A model generated the notes under the pieces. It had not been told where the DNA came from and searched no databases. It was given only the letters and a program-made list of their open reading frames with translations. Source: an uncultured Gammaproteobacteria bacterium (GTDB lineage Bacteria; Patescibacteriota; Microgenomatia; UBA8517). Taken from it: a stretch of 50,909 nucleotides of DNA. Position 1 is the first letter of the stretch. Every line of letters begins with the position of its first letter. A program made the position numbers and the translations under genes. The stretch lies in the NCBI GenBank assembly GCA_964489145.1, contig CAZAXL010000001.1, positions 1-50,909 of the forward strand, written 5' to 3'. Positions 28,055 through 36,953 of this stretch are shown one piece after another.

Positions 28055-29366
28055 TTAATTTATTTAAGAGTTTTTCGCGTACCATGGACGGATTTCCCTT
28101 GCCTTTCAGCTTTTTCTGAACCATGCCCATTAAAAATCCGACAACTTCCCCTTTGCCATTATTATAGTCTTTCACCGCTTTTGATTCCTCTGCCACCACT
28201 TTATTTACGGCCATCTCAACATCACTGCCGCCTGAATATTCCACTTTGATAATTTCTACGACTCTTCTAATGAGTCCCGCAGGTTCAGGGTACTGTAAAT
28301 CAAGCTTTTTATTTATCATTAGGTCCGCAATCAGCTTTGCCGACAGATTCCAATTTTTTCCAAGGCCAACTGCCTCTTCAAAATAGGAAGATCTTCCGGG
28401 GTCGGAAATAAGGATCTCAATATAGTCGTTGGGTAGTGAATATTTATCAGCAAACCTTTTCCTTTTATCCTTGGGAAGTTCCGGAAGAGAGTTTTTTATT
28501 TCCTCTATTTCCCCATCGGTAAATCTCATTGGGGGAAGGTCCGGCTCCGGGAAATATCTATAATCTTTAGCATCCTCTTTGCTTCTCTGCGAGTATGTGG
28601 TTTGCTTCACTTCGTCATAGCCCCGGGTTTCCGAATGTATAGTCCCTCCGTCAGTCAAAGTTTCTTCCTGTCTTTCAATCTCAGCGTTTATTGCTTTTTC
28701 CAAGAACTTGAATGAATTAATATTTTTCAGCTCCACTTTATAGTTGGGAAGCTCTCCTTTTTTAATACCCTCTTCTCCACTTAAAGATATGTTTGCTTCA
28801 AGCCTCATGGAACCTTTTTCCATATCGGTATTACTAATCCCCAAGTACCTCGCCACCATCTGAGCCTCCTTCAAAAATCTGATAATTGAAACCGTGTCGT
28901 GGAAATCAGGCTCAGTTACCATTTCCATTAGAGGAACTGAACTTCTGTTAAAGTCTATCAGTGTCGATTTTTCTCCATTTATGGTTTCGTGAACCAGCTT
29001 GCCGGTGTCCTCTTCGAGATGAACCCGTCTTATCCTTTTATCTTCAAAGACTCCGCCGACGCAAAGCGGCAGGTCGTATTGCGAAATTTGGTAGCTTTTT
29101 GATAAATCGGGGTAGAAATAGTGTTTTCTGTCAAATTTACTGAAGTTGCCTATTCGGGATCCGAAAGCCTGACCGAATTTAATGGTAGCGGTGACTGCCT
29201 CTTTGTTTGCGAAAGGAAGCGCTCCGGGTAACCCCAGGCATACTGGACAAACCTGCGTGTTTGGAGTTTTTCCAAAATGATCGGAGGAACATCCGCAAAA
29301 CATTTTACTTTTCGTTGAAAGTTCAATGTGCACTTCGAGACCAATTATTGGTGTGTATTTATTCAT
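28044..29366 (-). CDS. gatB: Asp/Glu-tRNA amidotransferase subunit B
   Basis: IGLEVHIEL, RKHYFYPDL, HLEEDTG, DYRYFPEPDL. Confidence 0.97.
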   Translation of the reverse strand: MNKYTPIIGLEVHIELSTKSKMFCGCSSDHFGKTPNTQVCPVCLGLPGALPFANKEAVTATIKFGQAFGSRIGNFSKFDRKHYFYPDLSKSYQISQYDLPLCVGGVFEDKRIRRVHLEEDTGKLVHETINGEKSTLIDFNRSSVPLMEMVTEPDFHDTVSIIRFLKEAQMVARYLGISNTDMEKGSMRLEANISLSGEEGIKKGELPNYKVELKNINSFKFLEKAINAEIERQEETLTDGGTIHSETRGYDEVKQTTYSQRSKEDAKDYRYFPEPDLPPMRFTDGEIEEIKNSLPELPKDKRKRFADKYSLPNDYIEILISDPGRSSYFEEAVGLGKNWNLSAKLIADLMINKKLDLQYPEPAGLIRRVVEIIKVEYSGGSDVEMAVNKVVAEESKAVKDYNNGKGEVVGFLMGMVQKKLKGKGNPSMVREKLLNKLNER

Positions 29367-29381
29367 ATATTATTTATTCTT

Positions 29382-30626
29382 TTATCCTGCTAAAAATCTA
29401 TCACCAAACCTTTTGGAAAATCCGTAAACCGTAAAAATAAAAACGGATAGTAAAAGCAGCAGGGACTTAATGCCGAATATTTCAACTATCGATCCGGAAA
29501 ATACAACCGGCAATACGGATATTGTTATGACTAGGAAAGAAAAATTGCCGAAAACCCTGCCCCTAAGGCCAGGCGGGGTTGATTCCTGCAAGAATGTCTG
29601 TGAAGGAACCAGTATTGCAACAAAGCCGAATCCTATAGCTACGAGCGTAAGGAACGAAAGTATAAATCTGAAAATGTATGCAAAAAGTGGAACAATAAAA
29701 GTCAAAAACAGAAGTGATATGGCCATTGTCAATAAGGCGGCATCGATGAGTGTTTTCTTTCTTACATCTCTTTTCAAAATTTTGGGTATAAAAAGAGCGC
29801 CAAAAACCGCTCCAATTCCGGCAGGCACCAGCATGTATATTCCGGCGCTGTTTAGAGGAATATTCAAAATATTTTTTGCCAAGGTTGGGAATTGAACAAT
29901 CACAACCTGCAGTGCAACCTGAAACCCGATGAGAAGGAGTACTGGAGTTAGTACTTTTCTTTCACTTTTTATAAAAGCGTAGCCGTCGCCTATATGTTTA
30001 AAGAAACCGAAAACGGCGGTTTCAAATCCTTTGGGGATTTCATTCTCGGATTTTAAGCTCGGTAAAAACAACGTGCTAATAAAAGCTATAAAAAGGAATG
30101 CGGAACATAAAAATATGGTGTTATTGAACCCCAAAAGTGCGTTGAGTAGTCCCGCCAGGGCAAAGCCTGCAACTAAAGAGCCCTGCTGAGTTATGAAGAA
30201 AAGGCTGTTGCCATGAACTAATTTGTCCTTTTTCAAAACGAATGCCAGAGTGGACGTTTCGGACGGGACATAAAACTGGTTCAATAAGGAATAAAGGAAA
30301 ACTACTTCATATAGAAAGAAAATGCTGGAATTTGCGGCAAAGCCAAAAATTAGTATTATCAGGGCCTGGAAAAGATTTGTAAAAATAAGCACTTTTCTTT
30401 TATCAACGAGATCAACCACGGCTGAGGCAAAAGGCCCCACCAGAATTGCGGGAAGCGCGTAAGCTACCCATAAAAGCGATGTTGAGATTGCCGAACCCGT
30501 AACTTCAAAAAGCCGGATTAAAAGCACAAAGTTCATAATGTTTATAGTCAGCTGAGAAAAAATCTGAGAAATCCAGATATATTTGAATTTTTTATTTTTA
30601 ATTACAGATTTGTAATCGCGTAGCAT
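29382..30626 (-). CDS. MFS transporter
   Basis: About 12 TM segments; D...K motif in loop 2-3 (VVDLVDKRK); RGRVFG in the C-terminal half. Confidence 0.9.
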   Translation of the reverse strand: MLRDYKSVIKNKKFKYIWISQIFSQLTINIMNFVLLIRLFEVTGSAISTSLLWVAYALPAILVGPFASAVVDLVDKRKVLIFTNLFQALIILIFGFAANSSIFFLYEVVFLYSLLNQFYVPSETSTLAFVLKKDKLVHGNSLFFITQQGSLVAGFALAGLLNALLGFNNTIFLCSAFLFIAFISTLFLPSLKSENEIPKGFETAVFGFFKHIGDGYAFIKSERKVLTPVLLLIGFQVALQVVIVQFPTLAKNILNIPLNSAGIYMLVPAGIGAVFGALFIPKILKRDVRKKTLIDAALLTMAISLLFLTFIVPLFAYIFRFILSFLTLVAIGFGFVAILVPSQTFLQESTPPGLRGRVFGNFSFLVITISVLPVVFSGSIVEIFGIKSLLLLLSVFIFTVYGFSKRFGDRFLAG

Positions 30627-30628
30627 AT

Positions 30629-32041
30629 TTAAAGATTTGGCAATATCGCTTTATAATCAATTTCCTTCTCGTATAGTTTTCCCAACTCGAATAGAACAGG
30701 TTCTGAAAATCTGGGACCCAAAAGCTGAAATCCTAATGGAAGTCCTTCTTCATTAAAACCCGAGGGAATGGAAAGCCCCGGAATTCCGGCAAGGTTGGCT
30801 GGTGCCGTAAAAATATCGGCCAAATACATTTTAAGAGGATCCGAGGCCTTTTCTCCGAGCTTAAATGCCGGGGTGGGCGAAACGGGCGCCAAAATTGCAT
30901 CAACTGTTTCAAAAACGGCTTCAAAATCCCCGATCAGCTTAGACCTGACTTTCTGAGCCTTAAGATAAAAGGCATCGTAATAGCCTGCAGATAAAACATA
31001 AGTTCCAAGCATAATTCTTCTTTTTGCCTCGGCTCCGAAATCCGCACGGGGATTTCCGTATCTTATTCCGTCATATCTTCCAAGATTCGAGGAAACCTCT
31101 GCGGGTTGAACGATGTAATAAACAGATATGGCATATTTGGTATGAGGAAGGCTGATCTCAGTCAGTTCAATTCCTGCTTTTTCAAAAACTTTGGATGCTC
31201 TAATTACGCTTTCGGCAACCTCTTTATCCACTCCTTCTACAAAATATTCTTTAGGGATGCCTATCTTTATTTTAGCCTTGGGTTTGACAAACTCTGCATT
31301 TTTGACGGTGCTGTCTCGTCCATCCTCTCCTTTGGTTACGTTAAAAACCGTTTCAACATCATCCACACTCTTACCGAAATTCCCAACCGAGTCAAGGGAA
31401 GAGGCCATAGCAATTATTCCATACCTTGAAACGGCTCCGTAAGTAGGCTTGAGGCCAACCACTCCGCAAAAGTTAGCAGGCTGTCTGATGGAGCCTCCTG
31501 TATCCGTTCCTGTGGCAATCAGAGAAAGACCTGCTGCAACGGAGACTGCCGAGCCACTGCTGGATCCTCCCGGAACAAACTTTTTATTCCACGGGTTCTT
31601 GGTTGGTCCGAAATCGGAATTTTCTCCGCTTGCTCCATGCGCCCAGGCATCGCAATTTGTTTTCCCTAAAATTATCCCCCCCGCTTTTTCCATTCTGGCA
31701 ACGGCGGTTGCGGAATAGGCAGGAACATAACTCTCAAGCACTTTGGAGGCTGCTGTTGTTCTTATTCCTTTAGTTAAAAATAAATCTTTATGGCCTATCG
31801 TCGCACCGAAAAGAGGAAAGTTTTCCGAAAGAGCTAAAGAGTCATTCGCAATAAGTTTATCTACCTCTCCGGCTTTTTTATAAGCTTCATCATCACAAAC
31901 TGTTATGTACGCGTTCAGGTCTTTCTCTTCGTTTATTTTTCCAAGATAGGTATCAACCAGCTCCGTTGCCGAGAACTTTTTCTTTAAAAGGCCTTCCTGT
32001 GTTTCCTTAATTGTCAGCGGGATGTCTTTCATATTTTTCAT
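30629..32041 (-). CDS. gatA: Asp/Glu-tRNA amidotransferase subunit A
   Basis: GGSSSGSA and GTDTGGSIRQPA amidase signature; EAKRRIMLGT. Confidence 0.97.
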   Translation of the reverse strand: MKNMKDIPLTIKETQEGLLKKKFSATELVDTYLGKINEEKDLNAYITVCDDEAYKKAGEVDKLIANDSLALSENFPLFGATIGHKDLFLTKGIRTTAASKVLESYVPAYSATAVARMEKAGGIILGKTNCDAWAHGASGENSDFGPTKNPWNKKFVPGGSSSGSAVSVAAGLSLIATGTDTGGSIRQPANFCGVVGLKPTYGAVSRYGIIAMASSLDSVGNFGKSVDDVETVFNVTKGEDGRDSTVKNAEFVKPKAKIKIGIPKEYFVEGVDKEVAESVIRASKVFEKAGIELTEISLPHTKYAISVYYIVQPAEVSSNLGRYDGIRYGNPRADFGAEAKRRIMLGTYVLSAGYYDAFYLKAQKVRSKLIGDFEAVFETVDAILAPVSPTPAFKLGEKASDPLKMYLADIFTAPANLAGIPGLSIPSGFNEEGLPLGFQLLGPRFSEPVLFELGKLYEKEIDYKAILPNL

Positions 32042-32050
32042 AAATAAAAT

Positions 32051-32362
32051 CTATTTATCCGTTCTTCCCTCCAAAATAGCTTTGACTTTAAAATAACCGT
32101 TGTGAATTTTGTCGGATCCTGAAATTGCTTCCTCAGCGCTTAAGGACCCTTCAACAGTTACTTTATCCTCACGGTAAACATTCTCAAGTCCTGTTGTCTG
32201 GCTTGTCGGTTCGGTGTCTACTGTGTCAACTTCCGAAAGTTCGCTGAAGTGATTAATTACATTTGAAAGTTGCGGCGTAAATCTTTCAACTTCTGCCTCT
32301 ACTAAGTCTAATTTTGCGAGTTTGGCAACATGTAAAACGTCCTCTTTTGTGAGCTTTACCAT
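32051..32362 (-). CDS. gatC: Asp/Glu-tRNA amidotransferase subunit C
   Basis: V.HVAKLAKL, NVYRED, YFKVKAIL; adjacent to gatA. Confidence 0.95.
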   Translation of the reverse strand: MVKLTKEDVLHVAKLAKLDLVEAEVERFTPQLSNVINHFSELSEVDTVDTEPTSQTTGLENVYREDKVTVEGSLSAEEAISGSDKIHNGYFKVKAILEGRTDK

Positions 32363-32404
32363 ACTCTCGTAATAATATCGCCAAATAGAATTTTTAACAA
32401 GAAG

Positions 32405-33334
32405 TTAAGCCATCCCTTTCAAGATTTTTATGCGCTCTGCAATCGGCGGGTGTGTGTTAAAAAGATTTGCAAACCATGAAACGCCCCCTTGTTTTTTACC
32501 TTTAAAAGGATTGGAAATATAAAGATGTGCTGTGGCTTTATTTGCAACCTCCAAAGGTTCGCTATCAGCTGAAATTTTGGTTAACGCAGAGATTAAACCG
32601 CTAGGTTGCCTTGTTAGCTCAACTGATCCCGCATCTGCAAAAAATTCACGACGCCTGGAAATTGCTAATTGAATGAGTTGTCCGATAATCGGGGACAGAA
32701 TGGCAAAAACTATCCCCAAAACCAGAAAAATTGAGCTTCCGCTATCCCTATCGTTATTGTTTCTTCTTCCACCAAACCAAGTTGCCCTTAAAAGCCAGTC
32801 GCCCAGAAGTGCTACAAGACCGACCATTACAGAAACAACCGACATCAGCCTTGTGTCATAATTTCTGACATGGGTTATTTCATGGGCAACTACCCCTTCC
32901 AGTTCAGTTCGGTTTAATTTTTCCAAAAGCCCGGATGTTGCGCAAACCGCAGCGTGAGCCGGGTCTCTACCTGTCGCAAAAGCATTCGGCGCAGAATCAG
33001 CTATCACGTAAAGCTTGGGAACCGGAATCCCGGCTCCTATGGCGATATTCTCGGCAACTGTATAAAAAAGAAAGTCCTTTTTCCTGTCTGCGGGTCTTGC
33101 TCCTGAAATTCCCAAAACAATCTGATCGGAAAAATAATAACCGACAAAACTGGAAATTCCCGAAACAATCAAGGCAACGCCCACAAATCCCAGCTGGCCC
33201 GGTTCATATCCAAAATAAATACTCATAGCTTTGGCCAAAACGTAGGTGGCTAAAGCAACAAACACGACAAAAAGAGCGACGACAGCCGCACTCTTGATCT
33301 TATTGGACTTTTGAACTTCGTAAATATTTCTCAC
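32405..33334 (-). CDS. htpX: M48 zinc metalloprotease HtpX
   Basis: PNAFATG, VAHEITH, SRRREFFADA, THPP..ERI. Confidence 0.93.
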   Translation of the reverse strand: MRNIYEVQKSNKIKSAAVVALFVVFVALATYVLAKAMSIYFGYEPGQLGFVGVALIVSGISSFVGYYFSDQIVLGISGARPADRKKDFLFYTVAENIAIGAGIPVPKLYVIADSAPNAFATGRDPAHAAVCATSGLLEKLNRTELEGVVAHEITHVRNYDTRLMSVVSVMVGLVALLGDWLLRATWFGGRRNNNDRDSGSSIFLVLGIVFAILSPIIGQLIQLAISRRREFFADAGSVELTRQPSGLISALTKISADSEPLEVANKATAHLYISNPFKGKKQGGVSWFANLFNTHPPIAERIKILKGMA

Positions 33335-33359
33335 AGATCAATTAGAATTTCAAAATTAA

Positions 33360-33941
33360 TCAAAGATTAATTTTTGGGGTTTTCATTTCCTCTTTTCCAA
33401 CTTTTAACTCATCCCCGTCAACAGGTGTTTCCAATCCTTTTAATTTTTCAAAGCGGAAAATGCCTGCAATTACGTTACTTGGAAATGAAACCATTTTGAC
33501 ATTATAATCTGCCGTCAAATCTATAAGAAGACGCCTTGCATACATGACTTTATCCGACGTGTCCCTTAGCTCATCCATTAAGTTTTTGACCACCTCGCTG
33601 GCTTTTATCTCAGGATTATCTTCAACCACCACCTGAATTCTAGGTAAGAGGTCAGAAAGCATCTTTCCGGCATCAGTCATTTTTTTCAAGTCACCCGAGT
33701 TCATCGCAGAAGAAATTGCTTTTCTCGCGTTTGTTAATTCGTCAAAAATACCTTTTTCGTGGGTCAAATACCCTTTAGCGGAAGATTCCAAATTCGGAAT
33801 AAGTTCAAATTGTCTTTTAAGTTGATTGCCAATTTCCTGAATTGCCGCACCGACTCTAGTTTTTGTGCTGACAAAAAAGTTGTAAACAGAGATTACCCAA
33901 AAAACTAATATTATTAAAATTGCTACAGGTACATACATCAT
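33360..33941 (-). CDS. lemA: LemA-family protein
   Basis: N-terminal TM, LKRQFELIPNL, E..P..KAS, YN.....FPSN.IA; SD GGAGGTGA upstream; paired with htpX. Confidence 0.92.
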   Translation of the reverse strand: MMYVPVAILIILVFWVISVYNFFVSTKTRVGAAIQEIGNQLKRQFELIPNLESSAKGYLTHEKGIFDELTNARKAISSAMNSGDLKKMTDAGKMLSDLLPRIQVVVEDNPEIKASEVVKNLMDELRDTSDKVMYARRLLIDLTADYNVKMVSFPSNVIAGIFRFEKLKGLETPVDGDELKVGKEEMKTPKINL

Positions 33942-33961
33942 CGTTTATTCACCTCCCTTCG

Positions 33962-34024
33962 CCCTTCCGTAGCTTCATGCGAAGGAGGGTTTCAATCCTC
34001 ATTCAGGCTTCGGAGAGGCAAGCC
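33962..34024. repeat. Pair of REP-like palindromes in inverted orientation (REPIN-like)
   Basis: CCCTTCC-GTAG-CTTC-ATGC-GAAG-GAGGG (33962-33989) plus a degenerate opposite-strand copy CCTCTCCGAAGCC inside the GGCTT...AAGCC hairpin (34006-34024). Confidence 0.5.
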
Positions 34025-34027
34025 TTC

Positions 34028-35746
34028 TTAGAATTGTTTTAACAACAATTCAAAATCCTTAAGGCTTCGAGTATTTATTATATCACGGGCCCCACACCAA
34101 CCCCGTCTCGCAACAGAAACTCCAAAAGTTATGTTATTCATTCCGTCTTTATGATGAGCATCGGTACCAAAAGTCATTTTCACACCAAGTTTCACAGCCT
34201 CACGAACTAGATTATCCGGCAGATCCAGTCTCATCGGATCGCAGTTTATTTCTATCCATTTATTGTTTTTGAGGCAAAAGTCAAAAATTTCAGGCCAATT
34301 AAGCTCAACTCCTTCCCTCTCGTTAAGCTTTCTGGCTGTTGGATGGGCAAATATGCGTACTTTAGGATGAGTAAGAGCAGTTAAAACCCTCTTTGTCATC
34401 AGGTCTTTTTCCAAATTGAAATTTGAGTGAATGGAAACAAGGGCAAAATCTAAAAGTTCCAATCCTTGTTCGGGAACAGGTAGGCTACCGTCTGACAGGA
34501 TATCAATTTCAAGGCTATTGAATACTTTTTGTATACTACCTACATGCCTATTCTTTAATGAGTAATTAATTTCATCAATGTTTTCACGCTTTCTTTTAAG
34601 TATTTCCACGGTCTGGGAGTCGTTATGTCCTTTCTGGCTGGGGTTGTGTTCCGTAAAAGCAATATATTCATACCCTAACTCATTAGCCTTCTTTATAATT
34701 TCCTCCATGCTGCTTTCGCCCAGATCATGGCTTGTTTCTATATCAAAACTTGAGTGAATTTGAAGATCGCTTTTGACTTCCCCTAATTCAACTAAGTTTG
34801 GTAATTTATGCTCCTTGGCTGATTCAATTTCCCCTGTATCTTCCCTCAATTCCGGCTCGATATAATCCAATCCCAAATAATTATAAAAACTTTTTTCGTC
34901 TTCAAAATTTTTAATTTTTATTTTTAAATTTTTAATTGTTTTTATGCCGTATTCGGAAAGGCTCAACCCTTTTTTGAGAGCCAGTTCACGTAGGGCTATG
35001 TTGTGATGTTTTGATCCTGTAAAATGCTGTAATAGTGAGCCGTAAGATTCAATTGGTTGGATCATTAAATCAACCTGAATCCCTCCCGGAAGGAGAATTG
35101 AAGCTGTGTGCTCACCTTTTTCTATTATTTTTTGAGATTTTGGATATTTAGTAAAATAATCAATCACCGCTACAGGATCATTAGTGGCTACGGCAATATC
35201 AATGTCACCAATGGTAGATGCCTGACGTCTGAGGCTTCCTAGAGGGTCTACATGCACAGTGGCTGGGTTTTCTGATAAATACTCCATTACTTCATGGGCT
35301 ACCATGGCGGCGTAGGGCAAAAGGTGACGCTTTCCCTTTTTCTCCTTTTCGGCAATTTCTTTTAATTTTCCCCTAACTTCTTTAGGGTTTCCCTCTTTAA
35401 TCATTTTCATGGCTGTTTTGATTCCAATTCCGGGTAGTTCCATGAGCTTAAAGGCATCGGTGGGAATATCTTTCATCAGACTGTCAAAATGTTTGGAGCG
35501 TCCTGTTTTGAAGAGTTCACCCAAATGTTCAGCTATGCTCGGCCCAATGCCGGGAACATCTTCAAGTTTCCCATCATCCCAAAGGTCTTTAAGCTCGGAA
35601 CTGGCGTGTTCAACTGCGTCGGCCGCTCGTTCGTAGGCAATTATCTGAAATTTATACTTATCTTTATCTCTCAACTGATATGATGCGGCCACATCTCTTA
35701 GAAGCTCCGCAATTTGGAGGTTGGTGTAGATTTTTTTCGATTCCAC
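34028..35746 (-). CDS. polX: Family X DNA polymerase with C-terminal PHP domain
   Basis: GSLRR...GDIDIAV, QVDL, HFTGSK.HN, PELRED; PHP DLQIHS, HP..R, TDAH; GTG start. Confidence 0.93.
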   Translation of the reverse strand: MESKKIYTNLQIAELLRDVAASYQLRDKDKYKFQIIAYERAADAVEHASSELKDLWDDGKLEDVPGIGPSIAEHLGELFKTGRSKHFDSLMKDIPTDAFKLMELPGIGIKTAMKMIKEGNPKEVRGKLKEIAEKEKKGKRHLLPYAAMVAHEVMEYLSENPATVHVDPLGSLRRQASTIGDIDIAVATNDPVAVIDYFTKYPKSQKIIEKGEHTASILLPGGIQVDLMIQPIESYGSLLQHFTGSKHHNIALRELALKKGLSLSEYGIKTIKNLKIKIKNFEDEKSFYNYLGLDYIEPELREDTGEIESAKEHKLPNLVELGEVKSDLQIHSSFDIETSHDLGESSMEEIIKKANELGYEYIAFTEHNPSQKGHNDSQTVEILKRKRENIDEINYSLKNRHVGSIQKVFNSLEIDILSDGSLPVPEQGLELLDFALVSIHSNFNLEKDLMTKRVLTALTHPKVRIFAHPTARKLNEREGVELNWPEIFDFCLKNNKWIEINCDPMRLDLPDNLVREAVKLGVKMTFGTDAHHKDGMNNITFGVSVARRGWCGARDIINTRSLKDFELLLKQF

Positions 35747-35787
35747 AGCTAGATTAATCTTAACATAATTGATATAATTACGTTTCT

Positions 35788-36051
35788 GGGGTCGTAGCTC
35801 AACTGGCTAGAGCGCTTCCCTGTCGATTGTGGCAGCGTTCCAGAGTAATTTGGAATGTAAAACCAGGCTAATTCGGGGAAACCTTTAAAATGGCAATCCC
35901 GAGCTAAAGCTGCGTTCAGTTTATGTGAACGTAGTAAATGTGTAGAGACTATATACCTGGCTCCTATTTTTAGGATGATGAGATAGTCCAAACTTTTTGA
36001 AAACAAAAAGGTGCACGGAAGAGGTTGCGAGTCCGAATCTCGTCGATCCCG
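35788..36051 (+). tRNA. tRNA-Asp(GTC), interrupted by a group I intron; exons 35788-35823 and 36014-36051
   Basis: The joined exons fold as acceptor GGGGTCG/CGATCCC + G73, D arm GCTC/GAGC, anticodon stem CTTCC/GGAAG with loop CT-GT|C-AC, T arm GCGAG/CTCGT; TG-a-TATAAT lies upstream (35770-35778). Confidence 0.92.
35824..36013 (+). ncRNA. Self-splicing group I intron (IC3-like, 190 nt, no ORF)
   Basis: P1 CUGU/GCAG with U.G at the splice site; P10 GUG/CAC; P2 closed by GUAA; P3 CCAGG/CCUGG; P4 UUCGGG/CCCGAG; P7 GACUA/UAGUC; P8 UCCUA/UAGGA; P9 CUUUUUG/CAAAAAG; terminal G at 36013. Confidence 0.92.
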
Positions 36052-36075
36052 CCCAATAATATTATTATTTTCCTA

Positions 36076-36104
36076 TTGACTTCATTCGTTTCTTCCTCTA
36101 CATT
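36076..36104 (+). promoter_or_regulatory. sigma70-type promoter TTGACT-N17-TACATT for the LysM gene
   Basis: Exact 17-nt spacing; SD AAGGTGA before the TTG start. Confidence 0.6.
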
Positions 36105-36142
36105 CAGCCTAACTCTGCCCTTCGGAAAGAAGGTGAATAAAT

Positions 36143-36703
36143 TTGAAATTTGATCAAAATAACAGTTTTCAACTAAAAAAACTTCTCAAACAAATAAAAC
36201 TTAACGAGGAAAATATTAGCATGATTTTAGGGGCAATAGTCCTTGTTATAGTTGGAGTCTTGGTTGTAAATTACTTTAAAGACAAGGGAAACGGCAGTAT
36301 TACGATAGACTCAACTCAAACATCAGCTATTAACGAACACACTGTGGTAAAAGGTGAAACATTATGGTCGATTGCAGAAAATTCATATGGTTCCGGATAT
36401 AACTGGGTAGACATAAAAAGTGCCAATAATTTAGAGACAGATAATATTGAGGTTGGACAAAAATTAATCTTACCTGATGATGTCGCACCAAACGAACCTA
36501 CAACAACAGAGGAATCTCAAACTGTTTTACAAGAATCGCCTATAACAAGCGAGACCTACACAGTAGTTAAAGGAGACAGCCTGTGGAATATAGCAGTCAG
36601 AGCCTATGGCGATGGTTTCAGATGGACTGAAATTGCAGAGGTAAACGAATTAGATAACCCAAATATAATTCATACGGGAAACATTCTAATTTTACCCAGA
36701 TAA
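36143..36703 (+). CDS. Membrane-anchored protein with two LysM domains
   Basis: HTVVKGETLWSIAE..YG.G..W..I..AN and YTVVKGDSLWNIA..AYGDG..W..IA..N. Confidence 0.93.
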   Translation: MKFDQNNSFQLKKLLKQIKLNEENISMILGAIVLVIVGVLVVNYFKDKGNGSITIDSTQTSAINEHTVVKGETLWSIAENSYGSGYNWVDIKSANNLETDNIEVGQKLILPDDVAPNEPTTTEESQTVLQESPITSETYTVVKGDSLWNIAVRAYGDGFRWTEIAEVNELDNPNIIHTGNILILPR

Positions 36704-36767
36704 TGAAGCCTTGGAAGGCGGATATGCTGAATCAATGATATAATTCGTGTGTCTTTGTTGTGCCGAT

Positions 36768-36838
36768 GCGGGTGTAGTTGATCGGCTCAACGCCACCTTC
36801 CCAAGGTGGAAAGGGCGGTTCGACTCCGCTCACCCGCT
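36768..36838 (+). tRNA. tRNA-Gly(CCC), atypical D arm, CCA not encoded
   Basis: GCGGGTG/CACCCGC acceptor, GTTG/CAAC D stem, CCACC-TTCCCAA-GGTGG, TTCGACT T loop, U73. Confidence 0.9.
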
Positions 36839-36870
36839 CACGCCCAGAAATGCTATAATTGAGCACATAA

Positions 36871-36943
36871 GCCGAGGTAGCTCAGTTGGCAGAGCGGCGG
36901 TATCGTAAACCGCAGGTCGTGGGTTCGATCCCCACTCTCGGCT
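36871..36943 (+). tRNA. tRNA-Thr(CGT), CCA not encoded
   Basis: GCCGAGG/TCTCGGC acceptor, GCTC/GAGC D stem, GCGGT-ATCGTAA-ACCGC, TTCGATC T loop; TG-c-TATAAT upstream. Confidence 0.93.
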
Positions 36944-36953
36944 CAAAAATAAA

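Noticed and set aside
35749-36006. 85-aa minus-strand ORF as an intron-encoded protein
   Set aside because: It is antisense to the tRNA-Asp exon and intron core and has no LAGLIDADG, HNH or GIY-YIG motif.
35824-36013. Two separate tRNA halves, an integration scar, or an archaeal BHB intron
   Set aside because: The insert has a full group I core with correct P1/P10 pairing; there is no duplicated tRNA 3' end and no integrase.
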